64,000 nt of DNA from Vicinamibacteria bacterium (lineage in GTDB: Bacteria; Acidobacteriota; Vicinamibacteria; Fen-336): positions 3,868-67,867 of the forward strand of contig JAFGSN010000052.1 of the NCBI GenBank assembly GCA_016934575.1, given 5' to 3'. Positions 9,833 to 19,246 of this stretch are shown here, one piece after another. Position 1 is the stretch's first letter; each line of letters starts with the position of its first letter. The notes beneath the pieces were generated by a model. It saw nothing but the letters and a program-made list of their open reading frames with translations, made no database searches and had not been told where the DNA came from. The position numbers and the translations under genes were made by a program.

Positions 9833-12673
9833 ATGAGAGTTCTCGAATACACCGACCTCGACACCAGCCGCGTGCGTCCTCAGTACGAGAAGGTCAAGCG
9901 CCGGATCGAGGAGGACGATTTCCGGTCCGCCGACCTGAAGAAGCTGACCGGCGGCCTCTATCGGGCCCGGCTCGACTACGCGAATCGGCTGATCGTGAAG
10001 CTCATGCGCCACCAAGGCGAGCGCGTGGCTCTGGCGCTCGAGGTGGTCGAAAACCACGCCTATGATCGATCGCGTTTCTTGCGCGGCGCCACCGTCGACG
10101 AAGACAAAATCGCCGTGCTCCAACAAGAAGATGTGCCGGAAACGGACCTGCCGCAACTGACCTACATCAATCCCGCCTCCACGCGTTTTCACCTGCTCGA
10201 CAAGGTCTTGAGTCTTGACGACGCGCAGGAGGTCGTCTATCGGCAAGCGCCGCCGCTGATCCTGATCGGCTCGGCGGGCAGCGGCAAGACCGCGCTGGCG
10301 CTGGAGAAGCTGAAGCTCGAGTCCGGCGACGTGCTATACGTCACGCTCTCCGCCTATCTGGCGCAACACGCCCGCAACCTCTACTTCGCGAACGATTATG
10401 CGGCGGACCACCAGAATCCCGACTTCCTGAGCTTGCGTGAGCTGATCGAGACCGTTCACGTGCCGCCGGGCCGCGAGGCGGGCTACTCCGATTTTCGCGC
10501 GTTCGTCGCGCGCCACAGGCAGGCGTTCCGCGATATCGCCGATCCTCACAAGCTGTTCGAGGAGTTCCGCGGAGTGCTGACCGGCCCCGCCATAGACTCG
10601 CCGTGGCTCACGCGCGCGGACTATCTCGCGCTCGGGCCGCGGCGCTCGTTGTTCCTCGACGAGGAGCGGAACCGTGTGTACGACCTGTTCGAGAAGTACC
10701 TCGTCTGGTTGCGCGCCGATTCGCTCTATGACGGCAATATCGTCGCCCAGGAAATCGTCGCGCGCGTTCCGCAACGCTACGACTTCGTGGCGGTCGACGA
10801 GGCGCAGGATCTCACGAACATCCAGCTCGCGTTCGTGCTCCGAATGCTGCGCCGGCCGGGAGCCTTCCTGTTGTGCGGAGACTCGAACCAGGTGGTGCAC
10901 CCCAATTTTTTTTCATGGTCCAACGTCAAGACGCTCTTCTTCGAGCATCAGGATCTGGCGCCGCGCCGGCGCGTGGAGATCCTACGCGCCAATTACCGCA
11001 ACGCGATCGAGGTGACCGGGATCGCGAACCGCCTGCTCAGATTGAAGCTCGCCCGCTTCGGTTCGGTCGACCGGGAGAGCCACTACCTGGTGGAGGCGGT
11101 CCCGGGCAACCGTGGAAGCGTGGATCTGTTGTCGGATCGCGATCGCGCGGTCGCGGAGCTCGACGCGCGTACCAACCGCTCGGTGCGTTTCGCCGTGATC
11201 GTGTTGCGCGAGGACGACAAGGCGGAGGCCGCTCGGCGTTTCCGCACGCCGCTTTTGTTCTCGGTGCAGGAAGCCAAGGGGCTCGAGTACGAGAACATCA
11301 TCCTATTCAATCTCGTCTCCCGCGCGCGAGCCGACTTCTCCGGCGTCGCCGAGGGCGTCTCTCCGTCCGACCTCGACACCGCGGCGCCGTACGCGCGGGC
11401 CGCCGACAAGCGCGACAAGTCGCTGGAACGCTACAAGTTCTTCGTCAACGGCCTCTACGTCGCGATGACGCGGGCCGTGCGCCGTCTTTACATCGTTGAG
11501 TCGGACACGCGTCATCCGCTGCTCGCGTTGCTCGGGATCAAGGAGTCGGCGGCGCAATCGAAGCTCGACAATCAGGCGTCGAGCGCGGAGGAATGGCAAC
11601 GCGAGGCGCGGCGGCTGGAGCTCCAGGGAAAGCAGTCGCAGGCGCAGGCCATCCGCCGGAACGTCCTTCACGAGCATGGAGTGCCGTGGCATGTCTTCGA
11701 TCTCGTCCGATTCGCCGAGGTCTCGACAAAGGCGCTCGATCCGGCCTGCGTCTCCAGCAAGCTGCGCCGGCAGCTTCTGGAATATGCCACTGTCTATCGC
11801 GAGTACGACGTGGCCGAACGATTGACGGCATTAGGAGTCGCCGATGACGCCGCGATCGACGTGATGTCGCCGGCGGTGCGGAGAAAACATCTGGCCGCTT
11901 TCGAGGCAAAGAGCGTCAAGGACGCGCTGCGGCTGGTCGACGAGCACGGCGTCGACTACCGCAGTCCCTTCAACTTCACGCCTCTGATGCTGGCCGCGGA
12001 GGCCGGCAATCTCGGTCTGGCGCGGATGCTCGTCGAGCGCGGCGCCGATCCGGAACTCGTCGACAACGGCGGCCGGACGGCTCTGCATCTGGCGCTGGCG
12101 CGGGCGCGCGACGACGCCGAATACGCCAGGATGACGCTCCCGGGCTTGTGGTCCCTGCTGGCGCCGCCCAGCGTGTCTTTCCGGCTTGACAACCGGCTCG
12201 TGAAAATCGACGCACACCTGATCGAGTTCGTGCTCTTCCATCTCATGTACGCGATGCTCCGCGACCATCTCTGCACTTCGCATGGCTGGAGCCATGGAAT
12301 GCGCTCCAAGGATCTGCTTGCGGTCGCCGCGCGCCTCCCCTTTGCGGCACTGCGGCCCGATCGTCGTCGGCGCGAGTATCTGAACGGCGTGCTCGCCCGC
12401 AACGAGATCGGCCGGGACTATCCCTACAACCGCCGCCTTTTCCTGCGCCTCTCGCATGGTCGATACGTGCTCAATCCACGGCTTGAGATACGCTCGGGAG
12501 AGGGCTTCACTCCCGTCTACGACGTGATGGGCGTGCGCCGAATGGCCTCGCTGGGTCTAACGCGATACGTTGCTGCGCTGGCATTGATCGAGAACGCGGA
12601 CGCCGCTTCGATCGCCGAGATCCCACGGATCGAGCGACAAGAGAAGGGGGAAGCTCAGGCGACGCTGTTTTGA
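9833..12673 (+). CDS. Multidomain protein: N-terminal RelE/ParE-like domain, UvrD/Rep-like SF1 helicase, ankyrin repeats
   Basis: ADLKKLTGGLYRARLDYANRLI (RelE-like); GSAGSGKT, DEAQD, CGDSNQ, LRANYRN, VQEAKGLEY, LYVAMTRA (SF1 motifs); TPLMLAA...LVERGADP...GRTALHLA (ankyrin). Confidence 0.8.
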   Translation: MRVLEYTDLDTSRVRPQYEKVKRRIEEDDFRSADLKKLTGGLYRARLDYANRLIVKLMRHQGERVALALEVVENHAYDRSRFLRGATVDEDKIAVLQQEDVPETDLPQLTYINPASTRFHLLDKVLSLDDAQEVVYRQAPPLILIGSAGSGKTALALEKLKLESGDVLYVTLSAYLAQHARNLYFANDYAADHQNPDFLSLRELIETVHVPPGREAGYSDFRAFVARHRQAFRDIADPHKLFEEFRGVLTGPAIDSPWLTRADYLALGPRRSLFLDEERNRVYDLFEKYLVWLRADSLYDGNIVAQEIVARVPQRYDFVAVDEAQDLTNIQLAFVLRMLRRPGAFLLCGDSNQVVHPNFFSWSNVKTLFFEHQDLAPRRRVEILRANYRNAIEVTGIANRLLRLKLARFGSVDRESHYLVEAVPGNRGSVDLLSDRDRAVAELDARTNRSVRFAVIVLREDDKAEAARRFRTPLLFSVQEAKGLEYENIILFNLVSRARADFSGVAEGVSPSDLDTAAPYARAADKRDKSLERYKFFVNGLYVAMTRAVRRLYIVESDTRHPLLALLGIKESAAQSKLDNQASSAEEWQREARRLELQGKQSQAQAIRRNVLHEHGVPWHVFDLVRFAEVSTKALDPACVSSKLRRQLLEYATVYREYDVAERLTALGVADDAAIDVMSPAVRRKHLAAFEAKSVKDALRLVDEHGVDYRSPFNFTPLMLAAEAGNLGLARMLVERGADPELVDNGGRTALHLALARARDDAEYARMTLPGLWSLLAPPSVSFRLDNRLVKIDAHLIEFVLFHLMYAMLRDHLCTSHGWSHGMRSKDLLAVAARLPFAALRPDRRRREYLNGVLARNEIGRDYPYNRRLFLRLSHGRYVLNPRLEIRSGEGFTPVYDVMGVRRMASLGLTRYVAALALIENADAASIAEIPRIERQEKGEAQATLF

Positions 12674-12769
12674 GCAAATTGACAGGCGGCGCCTGCGCCG
12701 CCTCGCTTCTCCGCGCCAAGGACGGACAAGGACGCGCGGGACGGTCTCCGGCGAGACCCGCTCAATGCT

Positions 12770-12798
12770 TTGACTTGGCGCGCCCAGGCCGATAGTAT
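12770..12798 (+). promoter_or_regulatory. Sigma-70-type promoter for the kdsB-(pyrG)-kdsA operon
   Basis: TTGACT-N17-TAGTAT. Confidence 0.5.
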
Positions 12799-12943
12799 GC
12801 AATTCCGCAGGCGCGGCTTTTAATCGCATCCAGACCGACGTGATACGTCGGCGGCAATCCGTGAGGTGAAAAGCCACGCCGGACGAGCATTGCCACGGTT
12901 CGCGCGGAAGTCGAGACGCAATATCGCAGAGGCGACTCACGCA

Positions 12944-13771
12944 TTGAAAATCGCCGCCATTATTCCGGCGCGTTACGCATCAACAAGACTTCCGGGAAAG
13001 CCTCTCTCCGACATTCTCGGAAAACCGATGATCCAGCATGTTTACGAACGGGTCAGCCGCGCGCGCTCGATCGATCGCGTGTTCGTAGCCACCGACGATG
13101 AGCGCATCGTGCGCGCCGTGCGCGCGTTCGGCGGCGAAGCCTTGCTCACCGCCGCGTCGCACCGGAGCGGAACGGATCGCCTGGCCGAGGCCGTGGCCCT
13201 GATCGACGCCGACATCGTCGTCAACCCGCAGGGCGACGAGCCGCTCATCAATCCGGATGCCGTCGACTCCGCGGTCGAACCGTTGCATCGGGACGCGGCG
13301 CTGCCGATGGCGACGCTTTCGGCGGCGATTCGCGACGTCGCGGAGATGCTCTCTCCGGACGTCGTCAAGGTCGTCGTCGACGCCGCGGGCGACGCGCTCT
13401 ATTTCTCGCGCAGCCCGATCCCGTACTCGAGAGAGGACGGAGCGAGCGATCGGCGCAAGGCCGCGGCCATCGCCGTGTCCCGCGGTCTTGCTCGCAAGCA
13501 CGTCGGTCTCTATGTTTATCGACGCGCGGCGCTCCTGCGATTCGCTTCGCTTCCGCCTTCGCCGGCCGAAGAGGCCGAGCGACTCGAGCAACTCCGCGCT
13601 CTTCACCACGGCTTGCGCATCCGCGTCGTTCCGCTGGACTCGGAACCCGGCCCCTCGGTCGACACGCCGGAAGACCTCGAGCGGGTGCGCTCCTTTATTG
13701 AAGCTGCGTCCGGGCGACTCGATGGTCGATCCATGAAAGGAGAGCCGTGCCCCCCAAGTACATCTTCGTGA
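12944..13771 (+). CDS. kdsB: 3-deoxy-manno-octulosonate cytidylyltransferase
   Basis: [60 protein letters not shown]; TTG start inferred. Confidence 0.95.
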   Translation: MKIAAIIPARYASTRLPGKPLSDILGKPMIQHVYERVSRARSIDRVFVATDDERIVRAVRAFGGEALLTAASHRSGTDRLAEAVALIDADIVVNPQGDEPLINPDAVDSAVEPLHRDAALPMATLSAAIRDVAEMLSPDVVKVVVDAAGDALYFSRSPIPYSREDGASDRRKAAAIAVSRGLARKHVGLYVYRRAALLRFASLPPSPAEEAERLEQLRALHHGLRIRVVPLDSEPGPSVDTPEDLERVRSFIEAASGRLDGRSMKGEPCPPSTSS

Positions 13772-13905
13772 CCGGCGTCGTCGTCTCGTCTCTCGGAAAG
13801 GGCCTGGCCTCGGCGTCGATCGGCTCGTTGCTCGAAGGCCATGGCTGCAATCGCCATAAACGCTGCCGCGTTGAAGCGGAAGCTCGAATGGAGGCGGTCT
13901 CATGA
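13747..13905 (+). pseudogene. pyrG: Internally deleted CTP synthase remnant (52 codons)
   Basis: Absent from the ORF track. AGGAG RBS, then GTG: (M)[32 protein letters not shown] matches the PyrG N-terminus ([16 protein letters not shown]); the frame ends at TGA 13903-13905, overlapping the kdsA ATG. Confidence 0.88.
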
Positions 13906-14726
13906 GAGCGCGCGTCATCAAGCTGGGCGGCCTGCGTCTCGGCGGCGGACATCCTCTTTTTCTCATCGCCGGTCCGTGCGTTATCGAGAATCCCGCGCAC
14001 CCGTTGCGGATCGCCGCGCGTCTCAGACGTATCGCGAACGAGCTGGGCATGCCGCTCATCTTCAAAGCCAGCTATGACAAGGCCAATCGATCGAGCCTGC
14101 GCTCGTTCCGCGGTCTGGGCGTCGAACGCGGCCTGGAGATCCTGCGCGAAGTGCGCGAACGCCATGGCGTTCAGATCCTGACCGACGTTCATGAAGTGGA
14201 TCAGGTCGAGCGCGTCGCCCGGGTGGCGGACGTTCTCCAAATCCCCGCCTTTCTCTGCCGCCAGACCGACCTCGTCGTCGCCGCGGCGCGCACGGGCAAA
14301 ACGGTCAACATCAAGAAAGGCCAGTTCATGGCGCCATGGGACATGGCCGGCGTGCTCGAAAAAGCCGAGGCGACGGGCAACCGCAACCTGCTCGTGACAG
14401 AACGCGGATGCTGCTTCGGTTACAACAATCTGGTCGTCGACATGCGGTCGTTTTCCGTTCTGCGCTCGTTCGGATTTCCCGTAGTCTTCGACATCACCCA
14501 CAGCGTGCAACGGCCGGGCGGCCTAGGCGACCGCTCGGGAGGCGACGCCGCGATGATCGAGACGCTCGGTCCCGCAGGCGTGGCGGCGGGAGTGGACGGC
14601 GTGTTCATGGAGGTTCACGACCATCCGGAACGGGCGCTCTCCGACGGGCCGAACGCCTATCGTCTCGGCCGGCTCAAGCCGTTTCTATCACGACTCCAGA
14701 AGATCCATGCCGCCGCACGCTCTTGA
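13902..14726 (+). CDS. kdsA: KDO 8-phosphate synthase
   Basis: [68 protein letters not shown]. Confidence 0.96.
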   Translation: MRARVIKLGGLRLGGGHPLFLIAGPCVIENPAHPLRIAARLRRIANELGMPLIFKASYDKANRSSLRSFRGLGVERGLEILREVRERHGVQILTDVHEVDQVERVARVADVLQIPAFLCRQTDLVVAAARTGKTVNIKKGQFMAPWDMAGVLEKAEATGNRNLLVTERGCCFGYNNLVVDMRSFSVLRSFGFPVVFDITHSVQRPGGLGDRSGGDAAMIETLGPAGVAAGVDGVFMEVHDHPERALSDGPNAYRLGRLKPFLSRLQKIHAAARS

Positions 14727-16371
14727 AAAGGAGAGCGCGGGTGAAAGACGTTGCGCCGACCGTGAGGTCTGGTTGACCGAACGCCGGCGTCGCATCGCGT
14801 CCGTCTCGCTTTTGATTCTCGTCGCATCACTTCTGTACGCATGGGGAATTCGATGGGGTCTGCCGAGCGCCGAGGGCTGGGCCGCGGATGAAATCGTTCC
14901 ATCGGACGTTCTCGAGGCGATGAGGCGGAGCTTCACGAACGGCTGGCACACGCGATACCCGCCGCTACATTACTACTTGTTAGCCGTCGTCTATCGCGCC
15001 GTTTTCTTCCTCTTTGGTTCGCAAACGCCGTTGACGGATCCGTCGGCGCCGATATACGCGGTTCTGTTCATCGCCGGCCGTTGTCTCAGCCTGCTCATGG
15101 CCGCCGGCGTCGTTCTCGTCGTTTACCGCTGCGCGCGCCTCCTGGCCGATCATTCGGGCGCCCTGGTAGCGGCCGCTCTCGTCGCCTTCCTGCCGGGCAT
15201 GGCCTACTATGCGAAGCTCGCGAACCTGGACGTTCCTTACATGTTTTGGTGGTCCTTGTCCCTGTTGTTTCAGATCCGCTCCTTCGCTCATCACCGGCGA
15301 AGAGACTATCTGCTCTTCGCCGTGTTCGCCGCGCTGGCTCTAGGAACGAAGGATCAGGCATATGGCCTCTATGTCCTGATCGTTCCCATGCTCGTTGTGT
15401 CACGCTATTTCCATATCGAGAGCCGATCGCGTCCCGGAGCGCTTCTCCAGGCTGTTTTCGGACGCGACCTCTGGCTGGCCGGCCTGGCCGGCGCCGCTGT
15501 TCTGGTCGCCATTCACAATCCTTTCGGCAACCCCTCGGGATGCCTTTCGCATTTCGAAGCGATCATCGCGTCCGCTCATGATTTTCGGGTTTTCGACAGA
15601 GGACCACGGGGTTATCTCGGCCTGTTCATCGACACGGCTCGCAGCCTCGACTTCGCGATGGGCGGCTCGGCGCTCGTCCTTGGCGCCGCCGGAGCGATAC
15701 ATCTGCTCAAGCCTCGCCGTGATCTCGCACCACGCCTTTCGCTCCTCGTATCGATCGTGTCCTACGGCATCTTCTTTCTCGGCGTCATTCTCTACTGCTA
15801 CGACCGATTCGTTCTGCCCGTCGCCGTCATCCTGTCCATCGGAAGCGGCCGCCTTTTCGCGGCGTCGGTCCGCGCGAAAAGCGCCGTCAGATTGCCGATG
15901 CTCGCCTGGATTGCGGCCACGATCGTTTTCGCCCTGGGACGCGTCATCACGCTCGATCTGGTCATGGCCAACGACTCGCGTCGAAGCGTGCGGTCCTGGC
16001 TGGAGGACGTCGCCTCCGACAAGAAGATCGCCACGATCGGACCGCCGATCATGTTGCCGAACCTGGCCGGTTTCGCGGCGAAGAACATCGTGCCGAGCGT
16101 CAATCGGCTGCGCCGCATGCGGCCCGATTGCCTTGTGATCAACTCCGACTATGTCGGTTACGTCGAATCCGGCGATTCCTCTCCAGGCTTCTTCACGCGC
16201 CTTGATCGCGGCGAGGCCGGCTACTGCCTGACGCGCCGTTTTCGGTACTCGCCGCCCTTGGACCTCCTGGATCTTGACGATGATCGGCGCATAGGAATCT
16301 CGAACCTGGCCAAGATCAATCCGTTGATGAGGATCTATCAACCTTGCGAGAGCGGCGGCGTCATGCGTTAG
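14707..16371 (+). CDS. GT-C fold (GT39/ArnT-like) membrane glycosyltransferase
   Basis: Many TM segments, WGLP...WAADE, YPPLHYYL, LDVP, LALGTK; real start may be TTG 14773. Confidence 0.75.
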   Translation: MPPHALEKESAGERRCADREVWLTERRRRIASVSLLILVASLLYAWGIRWGLPSAEGWAADEIVPSDVLEAMRRSFTNGWHTRYPPLHYYLLAVVYRAVFFLFGSQTPLTDPSAPIYAVLFIAGRCLSLLMAAGVVLVVYRCARLLADHSGALVAAALVAFLPGMAYYAKLANLDVPYMFWWSLSLLFQIRSFAHHRRRDYLLFAVFAALALGTKDQAYGLYVLIVPMLVVSRYFHIESRSRPGALLQAVFGRDLWLAGLAGAAVLVAIHNPFGNPSGCLSHFEAIIASAHDFRVFDRGPRGYLGLFIDTARSLDFAMGGSALVLGAAGAIHLLKPRRDLAPRLSLLVSIVSYGIFFLGVILYCYDRFVLPVAVILSIGSGRLFAASVRAKSAVRLPMLAWIAATIVFALGRVITLDLVMANDSRRSVRSWLEDVASDKKIATIGPPIMLPNLAGFAAKNIVPSVNRLRRMRPDCLVINSDYVGYVESGDSSPGFFTRLDRGEAGYCLTRRFRYSPPLDLLDLDDDRRIGISNLAKINPLMRIYQPCESGGVMR

Positions 16372-16486
16372 TCTGTTTTTCTGGCGGGGATTTCACAAGC
16401 CTTGTCCCGTCTCCTTGCGCCTTTGCGTTGGTTGATGCGCGACCCCGGCCTTGCCTTCACGGGTCGGATGACACTAGCATTGCGCC

Positions 16487-17446
16487 ATGTCACGGGAGAT
16501 CGGACGGCGCGTTCTTCAGATCGAAGCCCAGGCACTGCTCGATCTCATCCCGCTCCTTGACGACTCTTTCGATCGGGCGGTGGACTCTCTCTTCGCCTGC
16601 TCCGGCCGGGTCGTCGTGACGGGCATGGGAAAGAGCGGGCTGATCGCCAGGAAAATCTCCGCCACGCTCTCCTCGACCGGGACGCCGTCCTTGTTCTTGC
16701 ATCCAGCCGAGGCGATCCACGGGGACATCGGCCGGATCGTGAGAAACGACCTCGTTCTGGCCGTATCCTACGGCGGCGAAACGTCGGAACTGCTCACGCT
16801 TCTGCCTCTCATCAAGCGTCTGGGATGCACGCTGATCGCCATGACGGGATACTCCGCCTCGACGCTGGCGGCGGCGGCGGACATGCATCTGGACGTCTCC
16901 GTGCGCAAGGAGGCATGCCCGCTCGGCCTGGCGCCCACGGCATCCACCACTGCGTCGCTGGCCATGGGCGACGCTCTCGCGATGGCCCTGCTCGAGCGCC
17001 GCGGCTTCACCGTCGAGGACTTCGCCGTGCTCCATCCCGGCGGGAATCTAGGCAAGAAGCTCCTGCGAGTCGAGGATTACATGCACACCGGACCCGAGAT
17101 CCCGCGCGTGTCGCCCGAAACGCTCATGAAGGACATGCTCTTCGAGATGACGCGCAAGCGCCTTGGGATGACGACGGTCGCGGACGGCGACGGCCGACTG
17201 ATCGGAATGATTTCGGACGGCGATCTCCGGCGACAGATGGAGCGTCACGGCCCAGCCGTCTTCATGCGCCGCGCCGAGGAGTGCATGACGCATCATCCGG
17301 TCTGCATCGCGCGCCAGGAACTGGCCACGCGCGCGCTCGACGTCATGGAGGAACGTAAGATCACTTCGCTGATCGTCGTCGATCCCGCGGGGACGATCGA
17401 GGGCGTCGTCCACCTGCACGATCTGTGGAAGACTGAAATGATATGA
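16487..17446 (+). CDS. kdsD: Arabinose-5-phosphate isomerase (KpsF/GutQ, SIS + CBS domains)
   Basis: VTGMGKSG, FLHPAEAIHGD, EACPLGLAPTASTT, HPGG, DGDLRR. Confidence 0.95.
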   Translation: MSREIGRRVLQIEAQALLDLIPLLDDSFDRAVDSLFACSGRVVVTGMGKSGLIARKISATLSSTGTPSLFLHPAEAIHGDIGRIVRNDLVLAVSYGGETSELLTLLPLIKRLGCTLIAMTGYSASTLAAAADMHLDVSVRKEACPLGLAPTASTTASLAMGDALAMALLERRGFTVEDFAVLHPGGNLGKKLLRVEDYMHTGPEIPRVSPETLMKDMLFEMTRKRLGMTTVADGDGRLIGMISDGDLRRQMERHGPAVFMRRAEECMTHHPVCIARQELATRALDVMEERKITSLIVVDPAGTIEGVVHLHDLWKTEMI

Positions 17447-17997
17447 GCGCTGATGCTTTCTCGTCTCGCAGCCGACGGCTGCGGCTGATCCTGAGCGACG
17501 TCGACGGCGTGCTGACCGACGGCACCGTGCTGCTCACCGCGGACGGACGCGAAGCCAAGTCCTTCCACGTGCGCGACGGCGTGGGCGTGAACCTGGCCCA
17601 TGGCGTCGGCCTGCGCACCGGCGTCTTCTCGGGACGGCGATCCGAGGTCGTCGTGCGCCGGGCCGCGGAGCTGGGCATGAGCATCGTCCGGCTGGGCGTG
17701 ACCGACAAGCTCGAAGCTCTCCGAGAAGTCATGGCCAAGGACGGACTGACTCCGGATCAGGTGGCGTTCATGGGCGACGACCTGCTCGACCTGCCGGTGA
17801 TGGCGGCCGTCGCCTTGAGCGCCGCGCCGATGGACGCGCCGGAAGAAGTCCGTTCGCGCGCGCATTTCATCACGGCGATGAGAGGCGGAAAGGGATGCCT
17901 TCGCGAGTTCATCGAGGCCATTCTCCGCGCCCGGGGAGAGTGGGAGCGGGCGCTCGCGGCCATCGGCGTCGTCTCTGCGCAACCTGGAAAGGATTGA
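17443..17997 (+). CDS. kdsC: KDO 8-phosphate phosphatase
   Basis: DVDGVLTDG, FHVRDG, FMGDDLLDLP, GGKGCLRE. Confidence 0.93.
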   Translation: MSADAFSSRSRRLRLILSDVDGVLTDGTVLLTADGREAKSFHVRDGVGVNLAHGVGLRTGVFSGRRSEVVVRRAAELGMSIVRLGVTDKLEALREVMAKDGLTPDQVAFMGDDLLDLPVMAAVALSAAPMDAPEEVRSRAHFITAMRGGKGCLREFIEAILRARGEWERALAAIGVVSAQPGKD

Positions 17998-18021
17998 GAT
18001 CATGCCCGGATTCATCCGGCC

Positions 18022-19200
18022 ATGAGCGAAACCGCCATCATGGCCGTCGTCCTCGCGTCGCTGGCCGGCATTTGGGCCGGCTGGGCCTGGGCGCATGCTT
18101 CCGATCTCGATGGCGGAGAGCGACGGCCGTCTTTCCGATCGTCGCATCATTACCAACAAAGCCTGCACTTTCTTTCATCCGGCCGGATGAGCCTGGCGAT
18201 GAGCGAGCTGCGCAAGGCAAGCCGCCAGAATCGCGACGCGACCGACGTCCAGCTTCTGCTCGGCAATCTTCTACGCGAGCTGGGACAGGTCGAGAAGGCC
18301 ATTCGCGTGCATCAGGGCGTGCTCTCGCGCGAAGATCTCGGCCGCGGCGAGCGCGCGTACGCGCTCTGCTGCCTGGGAATGGATTTCCGCCGCGCGGGTT
18401 TCCTCGATCGAGCCACCTCCACCTTCCTGGAGGTTCTCGATCTCGACCCGCGCAACATCCACGCCCTGGCGGGGCTTCAGAAACTGTACGAGGAACAGAA
18501 ACAATGGCCGGAAGCTCTCTCGGCCCAGAGCCGTCTCTCTCGCCTGCGCAAGACCGATGACAGCCTCGTCATGGCTTACCTGAAGTCCGAAATCGGGCTG
18601 CATCTGGCCGACTCGGGCCAACGTGACGCCGCGCGCAAGGCGTTTCTCGAAGCCATCGCTCTCAATCGGGCGGTCGTTCCGGCGTATCTCGGCCTTGCCG
18701 ACCTTCATGCGGAGACCAATCCGCGCCGCGCCGCGGCCATTCTCAACGATCTGCTCGCCATCGTCCCCGACCGCGCCTATCTCGCCTTCGACCGACTCGC
18801 GCGCGCCTACGCGTCATGCGGCGAGCCGGCTCGCTTCGTGGCTCTCTGCGAGCGCATGATAGAAGATGATCCCCGCGACTGGCGCGCCCGACTGGCGCTC
18901 GCGCGACATCTACGCGCCGACGGGCGTCATCGTGAAGCCTTCGGCCTGCTGCTGCGGGCTCTCGAGCTCAATCCTCAGGGCATGCTCCTGCACCTCGAGA
19001 CGTGGCGCAGCCTACGCGAGCTTTCGGGTCGCGATTCGTTGCTCGAGGAGTACGTGGCGACGGCGGAGCAGTCGGTCTTCTTTCTCGACCCTCATATTTG
19101 CACGAGCTGTCGTTACCGGACGGGCGACATGCTCTGGCGCTGCCCGCACTGCCACGAGTGGGGCACGCTCGTCGAGGAACGCGTCGCCCCGCGCGAGTGA
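18022..19200 (+). CDS. lapB: LPS assembly protein B (TPR + rubredoxin-like)
   Basis: N-terminal TM, LGNLLRELGQVEKAIRVHQ, DFRRAGFLDRA, C-terminal CxxC...WRCPHCHEWGT. Confidence 0.88.
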   Translation: MSETAIMAVVLASLAGIWAGWAWAHASDLDGGERRPSFRSSHHYQQSLHFLSSGRMSLAMSELRKASRQNRDATDVQLLLGNLLRELGQVEKAIRVHQGVLSREDLGRGERAYALCCLGMDFRRAGFLDRATSTFLEVLDLDPRNIHALAGLQKLYEEQKQWPEALSAQSRLSRLRKTDDSLVMAYLKSEIGLHLADSGQRDAARKAFLEAIALNRAVVPAYLGLADLHAETNPRRAAAILNDLLAIVPDRAYLAFDRLARAYASCGEPARFVALCERMIEDDPRDWRARLALARHLRADGRHREAFGLLLRALELNPQGMLLHLETWRSLRELSGRDSLLEEYVATAEQSVFFLDPHICTSCRYRTGDMLWRCPHCHEWGTLVEERVAPRE

Positions 19201-19246
19201 TCGCCGTTTCCGAGCGAGGGCCTCGTTCTTCATCAAAACATACCGA

